Virus record (IMG/VR): IMGVR_UViG_3300007734_000753
Coordinates: 1-64,000 of that record
DNA from: a virus
Reading direction: 5' to 3' (one strand)
Length of the DNA: 64,000 nucleotides
The translations under genes were made by a program, and so were the position numbers. Below, piece by piece: positions 27,987 to 36,512 of the stretch; within the stretch, counting starts at the first letter, position 1, and the number at the start of each line of letters is the position of its first letter. Below the pieces are notes generated by a model. The model had not been told where the DNA came from, made no database searches, and was given only the letters and a program-made list of their open reading frames with translations.

Positions 27987-30044
27987 ATGGCAAGAAATAT
28001 AGCTGGTGATAATAATACTAAAAATAGTCTTTCGCCTTTATTCAAGAAGCTTACAAAGCTTTTTTCGGGTCCAATTGTAAATTATAACCAACAATACCAA
28101 AGAGCATTTAGAAGAAACCAATTAGATAAATTTGCTTCTAAATTCAATTCAATGGCTGGATTTGAGTTGCGAAAGACAACTTATAATCCTTTTGATGCAA
28201 TGAGAACAAATCTCATGGCAAATCAAAACCGTGGTGAAAGATATAGTGATTTTGATCAAATGGAATTTTACCCAATACTTGCCTCTGCACTAGATGTTTA
28301 TGCAGACGAAATGACGACTCACAGTGAATTGTCGCCATTGTTGAATATAAAATGTCCAAACGATGAAATAAAAGAAATTATTAAAATCTTGTTCCATGAT
28401 GTTCTGAACATTGATTCCAATCTATTCGGTTGGTGCAGAACAATGTGCAAATACGGCGATTTCTTTCTTTATTTAGATGTTGATGAAACCGTAGGCATAA
28501 AATCTGTAATTGGTTTGCCTCCTGAAGAAATTGAAAGATTAGAAGGTGAGGACGAAACAAATCCAAATTATGTTCAATTTCAATGGAACTCTGGTGGTAT
28601 GACATTTGAGAATTGGCAAATGGCTCACTTCAGAATTCTTGGTAATGATAAGTTTGCTCCTTATGGCACTTCTGTCCTTGATCCTGCTAGAAGAATTTGG
28701 CGTCAGTTGTCCATGATGGAAGACGCAATGATGAGCTTCCGTATTATTCGTGCTCCAGACAGAAGATTGTTCAAGATTGACGTTTCTGGTATTCCTCCGG
28801 AAGATGTTGAACAATACATGCAAAAAGTTATTACTCAACTAAAACGCCATCAAGTTGTCGATCCAGATACAGGTCGTGTTGATTTGCGTTATAACCCAAT
28901 GAGCGTGGAAGAAGATTATTATATTCCAGTTCGTGCTGGTTCTTTGTCTGACATTTCAAGTGTTGCTGGTCAATCAAACGCAATGAACGTTGATGACATT
29001 AATTATCTAAAAGAAAACCTATATGCCGCAATCAAGATTCCTAAATCTTATCTTACAAGAGGTGAAGGTGGCGATGCAAAAACGAATCTTTCTCAATTAG
29101 ATGTTAGATTTGCTAGAACAGTTTTGCGCCTCCAAAGGGCAATTGTTGCTGAATTAGAAAAGATCGCAATGATTCACCTATATGTTCTTGGCTATAGAGG
29201 CGAGGACATTTTATCTTTCAAGCTTGAACTAAACAATCCATCCAAGATTGCACAAATGCAAGAGCTTGAATTCTGGAAAGTCAAATTTGAGACAAACAAT
29301 GCCGCCAAAGAAGCTGGATTTAGCAGCAGATGGTCAGCTAAACACGTTCTCAATCTTACTGAAGAAGAATTTGTCAGAAATATTTATGATAAGTTCTATG
29401 ATAAGAAGATAAATGCTGCATTAGAAGGTGAATCAGGTGCAGGCGAAGGCGAAGTTCCCGGTGCAGCCTCAACTGGCGCTGGCGGCACATTAGGTGGTTT
29501 AGGTGGTCTAGGCGAACTTGGCGGTGAGGGCGAAGTACCCGCAGAAACTCCAGCGGGTCCAACACCAGAGGGAACCCCACCAGCAGGCGAAACAGAAGCC
29601 CCAGCAGCCCCAGAAGCTCCAGAGGCACCAGAAGCTCCAGCCGCTCCAGCAGGCGGCGGCGAAGAATCGCCACTTCTAATAACTCCAGCAGGCAGAAGAG
29701 GTTATAATTGGGATGCCATAATGAATTTTGATTCAGGTGTCAAATATGAAAATAGTAAAGGTCAAACAACAACCACAGCCTCAAAAGGTAAAATATACAC
29801 ACCAGTAAAAAATGATCAAAGAGGTGGTTCTGGTCCAAGAAAGAAAAACATGTCAAGCGCTGGTGGCAAAATTGAAACTTCCAGCAGAGCCATGAACCCA
29901 AGCGCTTCTGAAGAGAGAAGAGTGGCAAGAGGTTTAATGGAATCTGATTCTAGAGAAACATTATATATGCTGTTAGAACAACGCATGAATAAAATAAATC
30001 AAGAAGTGAAAGAGATTTCTAAAAAAGTAGATCCCGAAGATTAG
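27987..30044 (+). CDS. Portal vertex protein (gp20-like) with a long G/P/A/E-rich C-terminal tail
   Basis: ALDVYADE, PYGTSVLDPARRIWRQLSMMEDAMMSFRIIRAPDRRLFKIDV, EEDYYIPVR, AAIKIPKSYL. Confidence 0.95.
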   Translation: MARNIAGDNNTKNSLSPLFKKLTKLFSGPIVNYNQQYQRAFRRNQLDKFASKFNSMAGFELRKTTYNPFDAMRTNLMANQNRGERYSDFDQMEFYPILASALDVYADEMTTHSELSPLLNIKCPNDEIKEIIKILFHDVLNIDSNLFGWCRTMCKYGDFFLYLDVDETVGIKSVIGLPPEEIERLEGEDETNPNYVQFQWNSGGMTFENWQMAHFRILGNDKFAPYGTSVLDPARRIWRQLSMMEDAMMSFRIIRAPDRRLFKIDVSGIPPEDVEQYMQKVITQLKRHQVVDPDTGRVDLRYNPMSVEEDYYIPVRAGSLSDISSVAGQSNAMNVDDINYLKENLYAAIKIPKSYLTRGEGGDAKTNLSQLDVRFARTVLRLQRAIVAELEKIAMIHLYVLGYRGEDILSFKLELNNPSKIAQMQELEFWKVKFETNNAAKEAGFSSRWSAKHVLNLTEEEFVRNIYDKFYDKKINAALEGESGAGEGEVPGAASTGAGGTLGGLGGLGELGGEGEVPAETPAGPTPEGTPPAGETEAPAAPEAPEAPEAPAAPAGGGEESPLLITPAGRRGYNWDAIMNFDSGVKYENSKGQTTTTASKGKIYTPVKNDQRGGSGPRKKNMSSAGGKIETSSRAMNPSASEERRVARGLMESDSRETLYMLLEQRMNKINQEVKEISKKVDPED

Positions 30045-30049
30045 GATAC

Positions 30050-30059
30050 ACTATTTATA
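30050..30059 (+). promoter_or_regulatory. Late promoter motif ACTATTTATA
   Basis: Intergenic consensus copy followed by a GGAG SD. Confidence 0.75.
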
Positions 30060-30076
30060 GTAGCGGAGTTTATTAG

Positions 30077-30907
30077 ATGAAATTCAAGCATAATAAAAGA
30101 AGAAATAGTGCCTTTTTGTATGAAGCTCTTGTAAGAGAGCTTGTAAAGAGCGCCATGAAAAAAGATGATAACAGAAAGCAAATCACAATTGATTTGATGA
30201 AGAAGTATTTTCATGCTGATTCTCCGCTTGGTAAAGAGCTAAAAGTTTATAAAGCACTTTATGAAACAACCAATCTTTCTCCAGAAGATGCCGAAAGATT
30301 ACTTTATGAAGCTAAAAGAACATTTTTTGGTGTTGGTTTCGCTAGCCCGCAAGAAATATATGACGAACAAAGCCAGTTGATTGCTGCCGTAAACAAAAAA
30401 CTATCTCCTTCAGTATTTTCTAATTTTGTTCCGAACTATAAAAGTATTGCCACAATCCAACAAATCTTCTCAAAAGAAGTTTCTATTCCAAATAGAATAA
30501 TGCTTGAAAGAAAAATTCTCGATGATCTTTGCTCTAAGAAACTAATTGTTGAAAAGAAAGAAGAAAAGCTAAAGATAAACGATCTTGTTATGAAAACAGC
30601 CATAAAGTCTTTCAATAAAAAATATGATAAACTCAATGAAAATCAAAAGAAACTAATTTCCAAGTTTCTTGTAAAGAGCGAAGAAACGGAAGCAGATTTA
30701 CGCTTGTTTGTTTCAGAAGAGTTATCAAGAATAAAGAATAAATTATCTTCGTCTCTTACAATAAAAGAATTTGCTGAAGATAATATAATGAAACAAAAAG
30801 CTCAAAAGACTTTATTATTGATTGAAGAAACATTAAAAAGCGAAATAGATGAAGAAGAAGTTTCTTTGGTATTGAAACTTCAAGAACTAGAAAAGGAACT
30901 AGGCTAA
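30077..30907 (+). CDS. Conserved head-region protein (prohead core-associated?)
   Basis: MKFKHNKRRNSAFLYEALVRE start; lies between portal and protease. Confidence 0.55.
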   Translation: MKFKHNKRRNSAFLYEALVRELVKSAMKKDDNRKQITIDLMKKYFHADSPLGKELKVYKALYETTNLSPEDAERLLYEAKRTFFGVGFASPQEIYDEQSQLIAAVNKKLSPSVFSNFVPNYKSIATIQQIFSKEVSIPNRIMLERKILDDLCSKKLIVEKKEEKLKINDLVMKTAIKSFNKKYDKLNENQKKLISKFLVKSEETEADLRLFVSEELSRIKNKLSSSLTIKEFAEDNIMKQKAQKTLLLIEETLKSEIDEEEVSLVLKLQELEKELG

Positions 30908-31527
30908 TGGCTATAGAGATTGTTGTCGGTAATAAAGAAATAGAGGCAACAAAAATGCCACCAGATTCTTTGGGGCTAAACCCTATCCAGCCGGATGCAC
31001 CAGTTGCTGATGGTGGAAAAGGTATAAAACTTATACTTAATGGGTATTTCTTTTCTATAAAACTAAACGCCAGAAAAACCTTAGATGGCAACATCATGGT
31101 CTATGATCATCCAAACATAGACATTGTTATCATGCCAACAAAAAATAAAATAATCTCAATGCCAAAGAAAAGCTATTATCACGACACTTATCCAGTGCAA
31201 AAGCGTTTCTTTGACTTTCTTGAAAGCAGAGGTGCAACCGTTTTAGGTTCGACTAGAGGCGGCGTTGTTTATAACTCTTTAGAAACATATTATCCAACCA
31301 ACGAAGAGTTGGATGTTTTACAAGTTATATTATTATTAACAAAGAAGTTTCTCGAAGAAGAAACAGAAAATTCCATGACTGAAAGAGAATACGAAGAAGA
31401 GGTCGAACAACTTTATACAAATCCAGATGATGATGACTCTACTGAATTAGGCGAAGTTCCTCAAGCCAAAAAGAAGGGCGCAATCGATCCAAATTACAAA
31501 CCATACAACTTGTTATACAGGTTCTAA
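30907..31527 (+). CDS. Hypothetical head-region protein
   Basis: 206 aa; translationally coupled; acidic C-terminus. Confidence 0.5.
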   Translation: MAIEIVVGNKEIEATKMPPDSLGLNPIQPDAPVADGGKGIKLILNGYFFSIKLNARKTLDGNIMVYDHPNIDIVIMPTKNKIISMPKKSYYHDTYPVQKRFFDFLESRGATVLGSTRGGVVYNSLETYYPTNEELDVLQVILLLTKKFLEEETENSMTEREYEEEVEQLYTNPDDDDSTELGEVPQAKKKGAIDPNYKPYNLLYRF

Positions 31528-31829
31528 TGCAATTATTATATTTTATTCTGATCTGCTATGGTCTTACGCAGATAATTTGTTATGGTAAGATTTTTGATAA
31601 CATAAGACCAAAAGCAGAAAGTTATAATGGACTAGGCTTATTGTTTCACTGTTCAATGTGCATGGGATTCCATGTCGGACTTTTTGTATATCTATTTTCA
31701 GTTTTTAGCAAACTATTTACTTTTGATTTCAGTTTTATAGACATGTTTTTTATGGCATGTATTAGTTCTGGAACTAGTTATATTTTAGACAAACTCATAG
31801 ATGATAATGGATTGAGGATAAACAAATGA
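31527..31829 (+). CDS. Small membrane protein with CxxC (DUF1360-like)
   Basis: Hydrophobic helices with FHCSMCMGFHVG. Confidence 0.5.
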   Translation: MQLLYFILICYGLTQIICYGKIFDNIRPKAESYNGLGLLFHCSMCMGFHVGLFVYLFSVFSKLFTFDFSFIDMFFMACISSGTSYILDKLIDDNGLRINK

Positions 31830-31909
31830 ATATAAGAAAAAAAGGTTTCAATCTTTGGGTACAAAAGTGGATGAAAAGACCACCAACTAATTGCAAGGGC
31901 GGGTGCTGA
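31826..31909 (+). CDS. Putative 27-aa peptide MNIRKKGFNLWVQKWMKRPPTNCKGGC
   Basis: ATGA overlap with the upstream stop, GAGG SD; fills the gap exactly to the ATG at 31912. Confidence 0.4.
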   Translation: MNIRKKGFNLWVQKWMKRPPTNCKGGC

Positions 31910-31911
31910 CT

Positions 31912-32169
31912 ATGAATAACAAGATAAAAATTCCTGTTGCTCGTTTGAGACAAATAATCCAAGAAGAAGTTTCTAGATTTTATGAATTAGATGAAGAGGA
32001 ACAACAAGAAAACGAAAGTCTTCTTGAGGAAGATGAATTAGAAGAACAAGTTTCTTCAACTGAATTGACCAATAGACAAGTAGGAGCAGAAATCAGCACC
32101 GCATTACAAAAACTAAATTCAATGCCAGCTGATCAAGCAAGAGCAAAATTAAAAGGTCTAGGATTATAA
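31912..32169 (+). CDS. Small acidic prohead-core-like protein (RLRQIIQEEV motif)
   Basis: Directly before the protease; shared N-terminal motif; poly-Glu. Confidence 0.55.
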   Translation: MNNKIKIPVARLRQIIQEEVSRFYELDEEEQQENESLLEEDELEEQVSSTELTNRQVGAEISTALQKLNSMPADQARAKLKGLGL

Positions 32170-32170
32170 C

Positions 32171-32761
32171 ATGTCAGAGAAATTTGTACTAACAGAGTTT
32201 CTAGAACTATCAAATGATTCTTCACTATTGACTGAAGCTGAAAAGCAAAAAGTTAATGAAGGCGAAGAATTTATTCTTGCTGGTGTAATGCAAAGAGCTG
32301 ACGCCGAAAATGGCAATGGTCGTATCTATCCTCTTGATATATTAGAAAGAGAAGTTGAAAATTACAAGAAACTTGTAAGAGACAGCCGTGCTCTTGGCGA
32401 ATTAGACCACCCAGACTCGCCCGTAATTGAGCTAAAAAATGCCTCCCATATGGTTACATACATTGAGATGCGTGGTAGAGATGTTGTAGGTAAAATTAGA
32501 GTTCTTGATACTCCAGCAGGGAAAGTTGCAAAAGAACTTCTAAAAGGTGGCGTAAAGCTAGGAATTTCTTCTAGAGGTCTTGGTTCAACAAAACAACAAA
32601 ATGGTAAGACAATGGTTCAAGAAGACTTTCAATTGGTCTGCTTTGATCTTGTATCTGAACCATCAACAACTGGTGCCTTCATGTTGAAAGAAGGTATGCA
32701 ACCCAATCTTTTCACAAAAGCAGATAGAATCAATAGAATACTAAACAGTATAATAAAGTAA
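32171..32761 (+). CDS. Prohead core protease (gp21-like)
   Basis: NGNGRIYP, ALGELDHP, TPAG, GISSRGLGS, FDLVSEPST. Confidence 0.95.
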   Translation: MSEKFVLTEFLELSNDSSLLTEAEKQKVNEGEEFILAGVMQRADAENGNGRIYPLDILEREVENYKKLVRDSRALGELDHPDSPVIELKNASHMVTYIEMRGRDVVGKIRVLDTPAGKVAKELLKGGVKLGISSRGLGSTKQQNGKTMVQEDFQLVCFDLVSEPSTTGAFMLKEGMQPNLFTKADRINRILNSIIK

Positions 32762-32765
32762 TAAA

Positions 32766-33218
32766 ATGAAAAAAGAAGAACTCAAAAAAGTACTGAAGCC
32801 CGTTATTGAAGAGTGCCTGAAAGAGCTAATCTTTGAGAAAGGCGTTCTTTCTTCTATTATAAGCGAAGTGCAAGGCTCTCCTGCACAAGTTGTAACAGAA
32901 AACAAACAAGTTGCAAAACAATCATATCAGGAAAATGAACAAGAATTCATTAGAAAGAAATCAGCTGAAGCTCATAATAAACTTTATGAGCACAAAAAGA
33001 AGCTAATGGATGCTGTTGGCAAACAAGCATACGGTGGCGTGAACATTTTTGAGGGAGTTCAGCCAATTGATGAACCACCCGCCCCATCTCAAAGAAGCAC
33101 CCCAAGCGCAATTGAAGTATTAGATCCCGGCAATACTGGTGGTATAAATTTAGGAAACATTCCCGGTATGGGCAAGTGGGGAAAAATTTTACAAAAAGTA
33201 AATGAATTGAAAGATTAG
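32766..33218 (+). CDS. Hypothetical head-region protein (MKKEELKKVLKPVIEECLKE)
   Basis: Shares the N-terminal amphipathic motif; head operon context. Confidence 0.5.
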   Translation: MKKEELKKVLKPVIEECLKELIFEKGVLSSIISEVQGSPAQVVTENKQVAKQSYQENEQEFIRKKSAEAHNKLYEHKKKLMDAVGKQAYGGVNIFEGVQPIDEPPAPSQRSTPSAIEVLDPGNTGGINLGNIPGMGKWGKILQKVNELKD

Positions 33219-33241
33219 TCTATTTATAAGAAGAGGTTTTT

Positions 33242-33478
33242 ATGAAGAAAGGTCATGTACAAGTTAGTTTGGCAGAGTGTCATGGCGATACAAATCGTAT
33301 GATCAAGAAGTTTATGAAGAAAGTCAAAAACGAAAAAATCATTGAAGATTATCGCAGAAAAGATTTCTTTGAGAAACCTTCAATTACAAACGCTAGAAAG
33401 CGCAAAAGAAGAAAGAAAGTCATGCAAAAACTAAATATGCAAAGACTTGCTTTAGATAACAGAACGGAGAAAAAGTAA
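33242..33478 (+). CDS. rpsU: Phage-encoded ribosomal protein bS21
   Basis: MIKKFMKKVKNEKIIEDYRRKDFFEKPSITNARKRKRRKK matches the bS21 LkrFKrk...e.rrre.yEKPS..r.rk pattern; GTCTATTTATA late motif upstream. Confidence 0.85.
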   Translation: MKKGHVQVSLAECHGDTNRMIKKFMKKVKNEKIIEDYRRKDFFEKPSITNARKRKRRKKVMQKLNMQRLALDNRTEKK

Positions 33479-33479
33479 A

Positions 33480-33923
33480 ATGCCCGGAAAAGTATTTCAA
33501 AATGATACAGGCATGTTGATGCACCAACCCGGTTTATCCAGCGTTGGCTCTTACCAAATGAGTGCAATTCCGTTTGCAACTTCTAGCTTGACTGTACCAG
33601 TAAATTCAGCTGCTCCATTGAAAATTCAATTTCCTTATGTGACAAAATTTGTGACCGTGGTAAATGAAAATACTGGAACCAACGTCAATATGAGAGTGGG
33701 GTTCAGTGTGCTTGGTATTTCAGGATCAGGCACTAATTTCTTCTTATTAGACAATGGCGAATCATATACTGGAGAATGGAGAGTTGAAGACATATTTTTA
33801 ATCTCTAATTCAACATCACAAACATCAGCATCTGTTATTGCCGGTTTGACTCCAATCCCAAGAGGTATTCCCTCTTTTGTTTCCACTGGTAATAACTGGT
33901 CTGGTTCTGCTGGAGTGGGATAA
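33480..33923 (+). CDS. Putative virion structural protein
   Basis: PGLSSVGSYQMSAIPFATSS...FPYVTKFVTV; S/T/G-rich beta protein. Confidence 0.55.
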   Translation: MPGKVFQNDTGMLMHQPGLSSVGSYQMSAIPFATSSLTVPVNSAAPLKIQFPYVTKFVTVVNENTGTNVNMRVGFSVLGISGSGTNFFLLDNGESYTGEWRVEDIFLISNSTSQTSASVIAGLTPIPRGIPSFVSTGNNWSGSAGVG

Positions 33924-33926
33924 TGT

Positions 33927-34913
33927 ATGAGAAGTGGATTTGGTGGATTTAATAAATTATCTCCTTCTGTTGGTAAATCAATAGCAATTGATTCTTACGG
34001 TAATCTTGAAACCGCATTACAATCAATTCTTGGCAATACAAATATACAAGTATTCACAACTGCTGTTCCAAGTTCAATAACTACAATAATAAGCGGCTCG
34101 ACAACCGTTGTTAGTCGTTGGGATTCAATAACCAATCCAACGGCAAATTGTCATCTAACTCAATCTACTTTGGCAAGTATGCCAACCTTTGATTCAAGTA
34201 AGCAATTAGGAAAGTATAATGGAGTTAGATCTGTCGTAGATGATTCTTTAGCTCAATCAGCCACAACGGTGAATTCGGCGACACACACTTATATAATTTA
34301 TGGTGTACATACATCTTATGCTGTATCAGGCGAAGATTATATATCATCTTATTGGATTGAGCCAGCAGCCCCATCACAAGTTATTTATGGTACGCCAAAA
34401 ATTAGCAGTTATAATGCTGCTGCTGGTAATGCGAATATCGCACTCGCAACAAAAACTGTCGCATTAAATTTAGGCTATAGAGCATATTCAGGTTTTGCTG
34501 GCAGCGCAGCAACAACCATTTTACCTAAAACTAATTATTATAGAGTATTTGAATCAAGAATATTACCAAACAGAACTGGATCTATGGGAATATATGATTC
34601 TAATATGAATACCATAAATATAACAAATATGGGAATTGTTTTTCCAGCTGGCAGTGCAACTCTTTTAACTTCAAATAAATCATATGTTACTTTTTCACCT
34701 TCTTCTTATTCGGCTTCATTGGCTGTAAATCTCTTTACTAATGCTGATTGGGATAATTCTTTTGCTGGCGACACCTTCAGAGCAACAAGGCTTGGATTTT
34801 TACAAAGCTGTGTAGATGCTTCATTATTTACAGCTATTTTTATTCCAGCAGTTATTACAGCAAATCAATCGGCAACAATAAAAACTCTACTAGATAAAGT
34901 ATATGGTGCATAA
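33927..34913 (+). CDS. Putative virion decoration/fibre protein (ConA/LamG-like)
   Basis: VVSRWDSITNPTANCHLTQSTLASMPTF resembles the VSxWxDxSG...TQ....PT start of phage LamG-like domains. Confidence 0.4.
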   Translation: MRSGFGGFNKLSPSVGKSIAIDSYGNLETALQSILGNTNIQVFTTAVPSSITTIISGSTTVVSRWDSITNPTANCHLTQSTLASMPTFDSSKQLGKYNGVRSVVDDSLAQSATTVNSATHTYIIYGVHTSYAVSGEDYISSYWIEPAAPSQVIYGTPKISSYNAAAGNANIALATKTVALNLGYRAYSGFAGSAATTILPKTNYYRVFESRILPNRTGSMGIYDSNMNTINITNMGIVFPAGSATLLTSNKSYVTFSPSSYSASLAVNLFTNADWDNSFAGDTFRATRLGFLQSCVDASLFTAIFIPAVITANQSATIKTLLDKVYGA

Positions 34914-35143
34914 TGGAAATAACTTATTTTATAAGAGACAATAATAATGAATATCCAGAACTTTGTTCTAAAGCTACTATAAAATTACAAAAAAACAATC
35001 AGATATATTATGGCGGCGTACAGTGGGGAAGTATACAACCATCAAATTGTGTCATTTATATATCAACTTTATTGGATAGTTTATCTTTTGATGATTGGAT
35101 TGAAACAAACGGTTACAAAAGAGTTATAGAAGAACCAATGTAA
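34913..35143 (+). CDS. Small hypothetical protein coupled to 33927
   Basis: TAATG overlap; 76 aa. Confidence 0.45.
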   Translation: MEITYFIRDNNNEYPELCSKATIKLQKNNQIYYGGVQWGSIQPSNCVIYISTLLDSLSFDDWIETNGYKRVIEEPM

Positions 35144-35159
35144 TTTACAAAAACAACAT

Positions 35160-35168
35160 ACTATTTAT
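35160..35168 (+). promoter_or_regulatory. Late promoter motif ACTATTTAT
   Basis: Consensus copy before the scaffold and capsid genes. Confidence 0.75.
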
Positions 35169-35197
35169 TATGTTATTTTATACGTGGAGATTAGTAC

Positions 35198-36487
35198 ATG
35201 AGTTCATTGATCGAACAAGCTATTCTAGATGCCAAAGAATTAAAAGAGGCTGCCATTAAAAATGCGGAGCAACTTATCATTGAGAAATATGCCAATGAAA
35301 TAAAAAGCAATTTAGAGCAGCTTCTTGAGCAAGATTTAGGCGCAATGCCAGCGATGCCCGCTGCACCAGCAATGCCGGGAACTGTTGCACCATCTCCACC
35401 ACCAGTTGATCCAGCCAAAGCAAAAGCAGACAAAGATAAGATTCCAAATCAATTGGAATATGCTGCTTTTGATGGTATGACAATTGGTAAAACAAAATAT
35501 GCAGATCTAAATGAAGAAGTTGAAATTGATCTAACTTCTCTAACAGAATATGAATTGAATCCAGAAAAAGGTCCAACCAAAAGAAATCTTCAAGAATCTT
35601 TTGACATATCAGAAGAAGCACTACAAGAAATGCTTTCTGATTTAGACGCAGGTGGTGCAGATTATATGCACGAAGAAGAAGAGCTAGAAGAAGAAATGAC
35701 TGGCATGGAAGATACAACCATGCCTATGTACGAAGAAGAGGAAGAAATCTCAACAGATGATGACATGGATTTAATGTCGGCTGACGATTCTATGGATGAT
35801 TTAGGCACCGATGAAGGTGCAGAGAGTGATAGTTTATTGGCTTCTTTGTCCTCTGAAGAACCAGAAGAAGAAGAAATGGGAGACATTTCTGCTGAAATAG
35901 CCGAAGCTCTAAAGATTGATTACAACGAGAACTATATCGCTGGTCGTGATTATGGGCTAGGCGCAAATACAGCCGAAGATACACATACTCTTATGCTTTC
36001 TAATCTCTATGATGAAGTTCAAGAGAAAGAAAAAGAAAATAAAGAACTAAAAGAACAAAATGAATTATTGAAGAAGAAACTTGCAGAAGCCGGTAAACTT
36101 ATTGCTGAAGCTCACAAACAGCACTCTTCAATCAAAGAATCCTTTCACTCGATGAAAGGTAAATTGGCAGAAGTTCAGCTTATGAACGCTAAACTTCTAT
36201 ATTCTAATAAGGTATTGACAGATGCCTCCTTGAATGAGCGACAGAAAAATAAGATTGTCGAGTCATTGTCAACTGCCGATTCATTAGAAAAAGTAAAAAT
36301 CGTTTATGAAACCCTTCAGAGCGCAGTGGAGGACAACACCTCTTGGGCACCTAAATCACTGAGCGAAGCTGTATCAAAACGTTCTTCTTCTCTATTGATC
36401 AAAGCCAATAGAAAAGAAGATAAGGATGCAAATCCTGTAAGTGAAACACTTTCTAGAATGAAGATTCTAGCAGGTATTAATAAATAA
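35198..36487 (+). CDS. Prohead scaffolding protein (gp22-like)
   Basis: Very acidic with a coiled coil; LMNAKLLYSNKVL and RMKILAGI; directly upstream of the capsid gene. Confidence 0.8.
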   Translation: MSSLIEQAILDAKELKEAAIKNAEQLIIEKYANEIKSNLEQLLEQDLGAMPAMPAAPAMPGTVAPSPPPVDPAKAKADKDKIPNQLEYAAFDGMTIGKTKYADLNEEVEIDLTSLTEYELNPEKGPTKRNLQESFDISEEALQEMLSDLDAGGADYMHEEEELEEEMTGMEDTTMPMYEEEEEISTDDDMDLMSADDSMDDLGTDEGAESDSLLASLSSEEPEEEEMGDISAEIAEALKIDYNENYIAGRDYGLGANTAEDTHTLMLSNLYDEVQEKEKENKELKEQNELLKKKLAEAGKLIAEAHKQHSSIKESFHSMKGKLAEVQLMNAKLLYSNKVLTDASLNERQKNKIVESLSTADSLEKVKIVYETLQSAVEDNTSWAPKSLSEAVSKRSSSLLIKANRKEDKDANPVSETLSRMKILAGINK

Positions 36488-36512
36488 CCATTATTTTAAG
36501 GAGTAAATCAAA

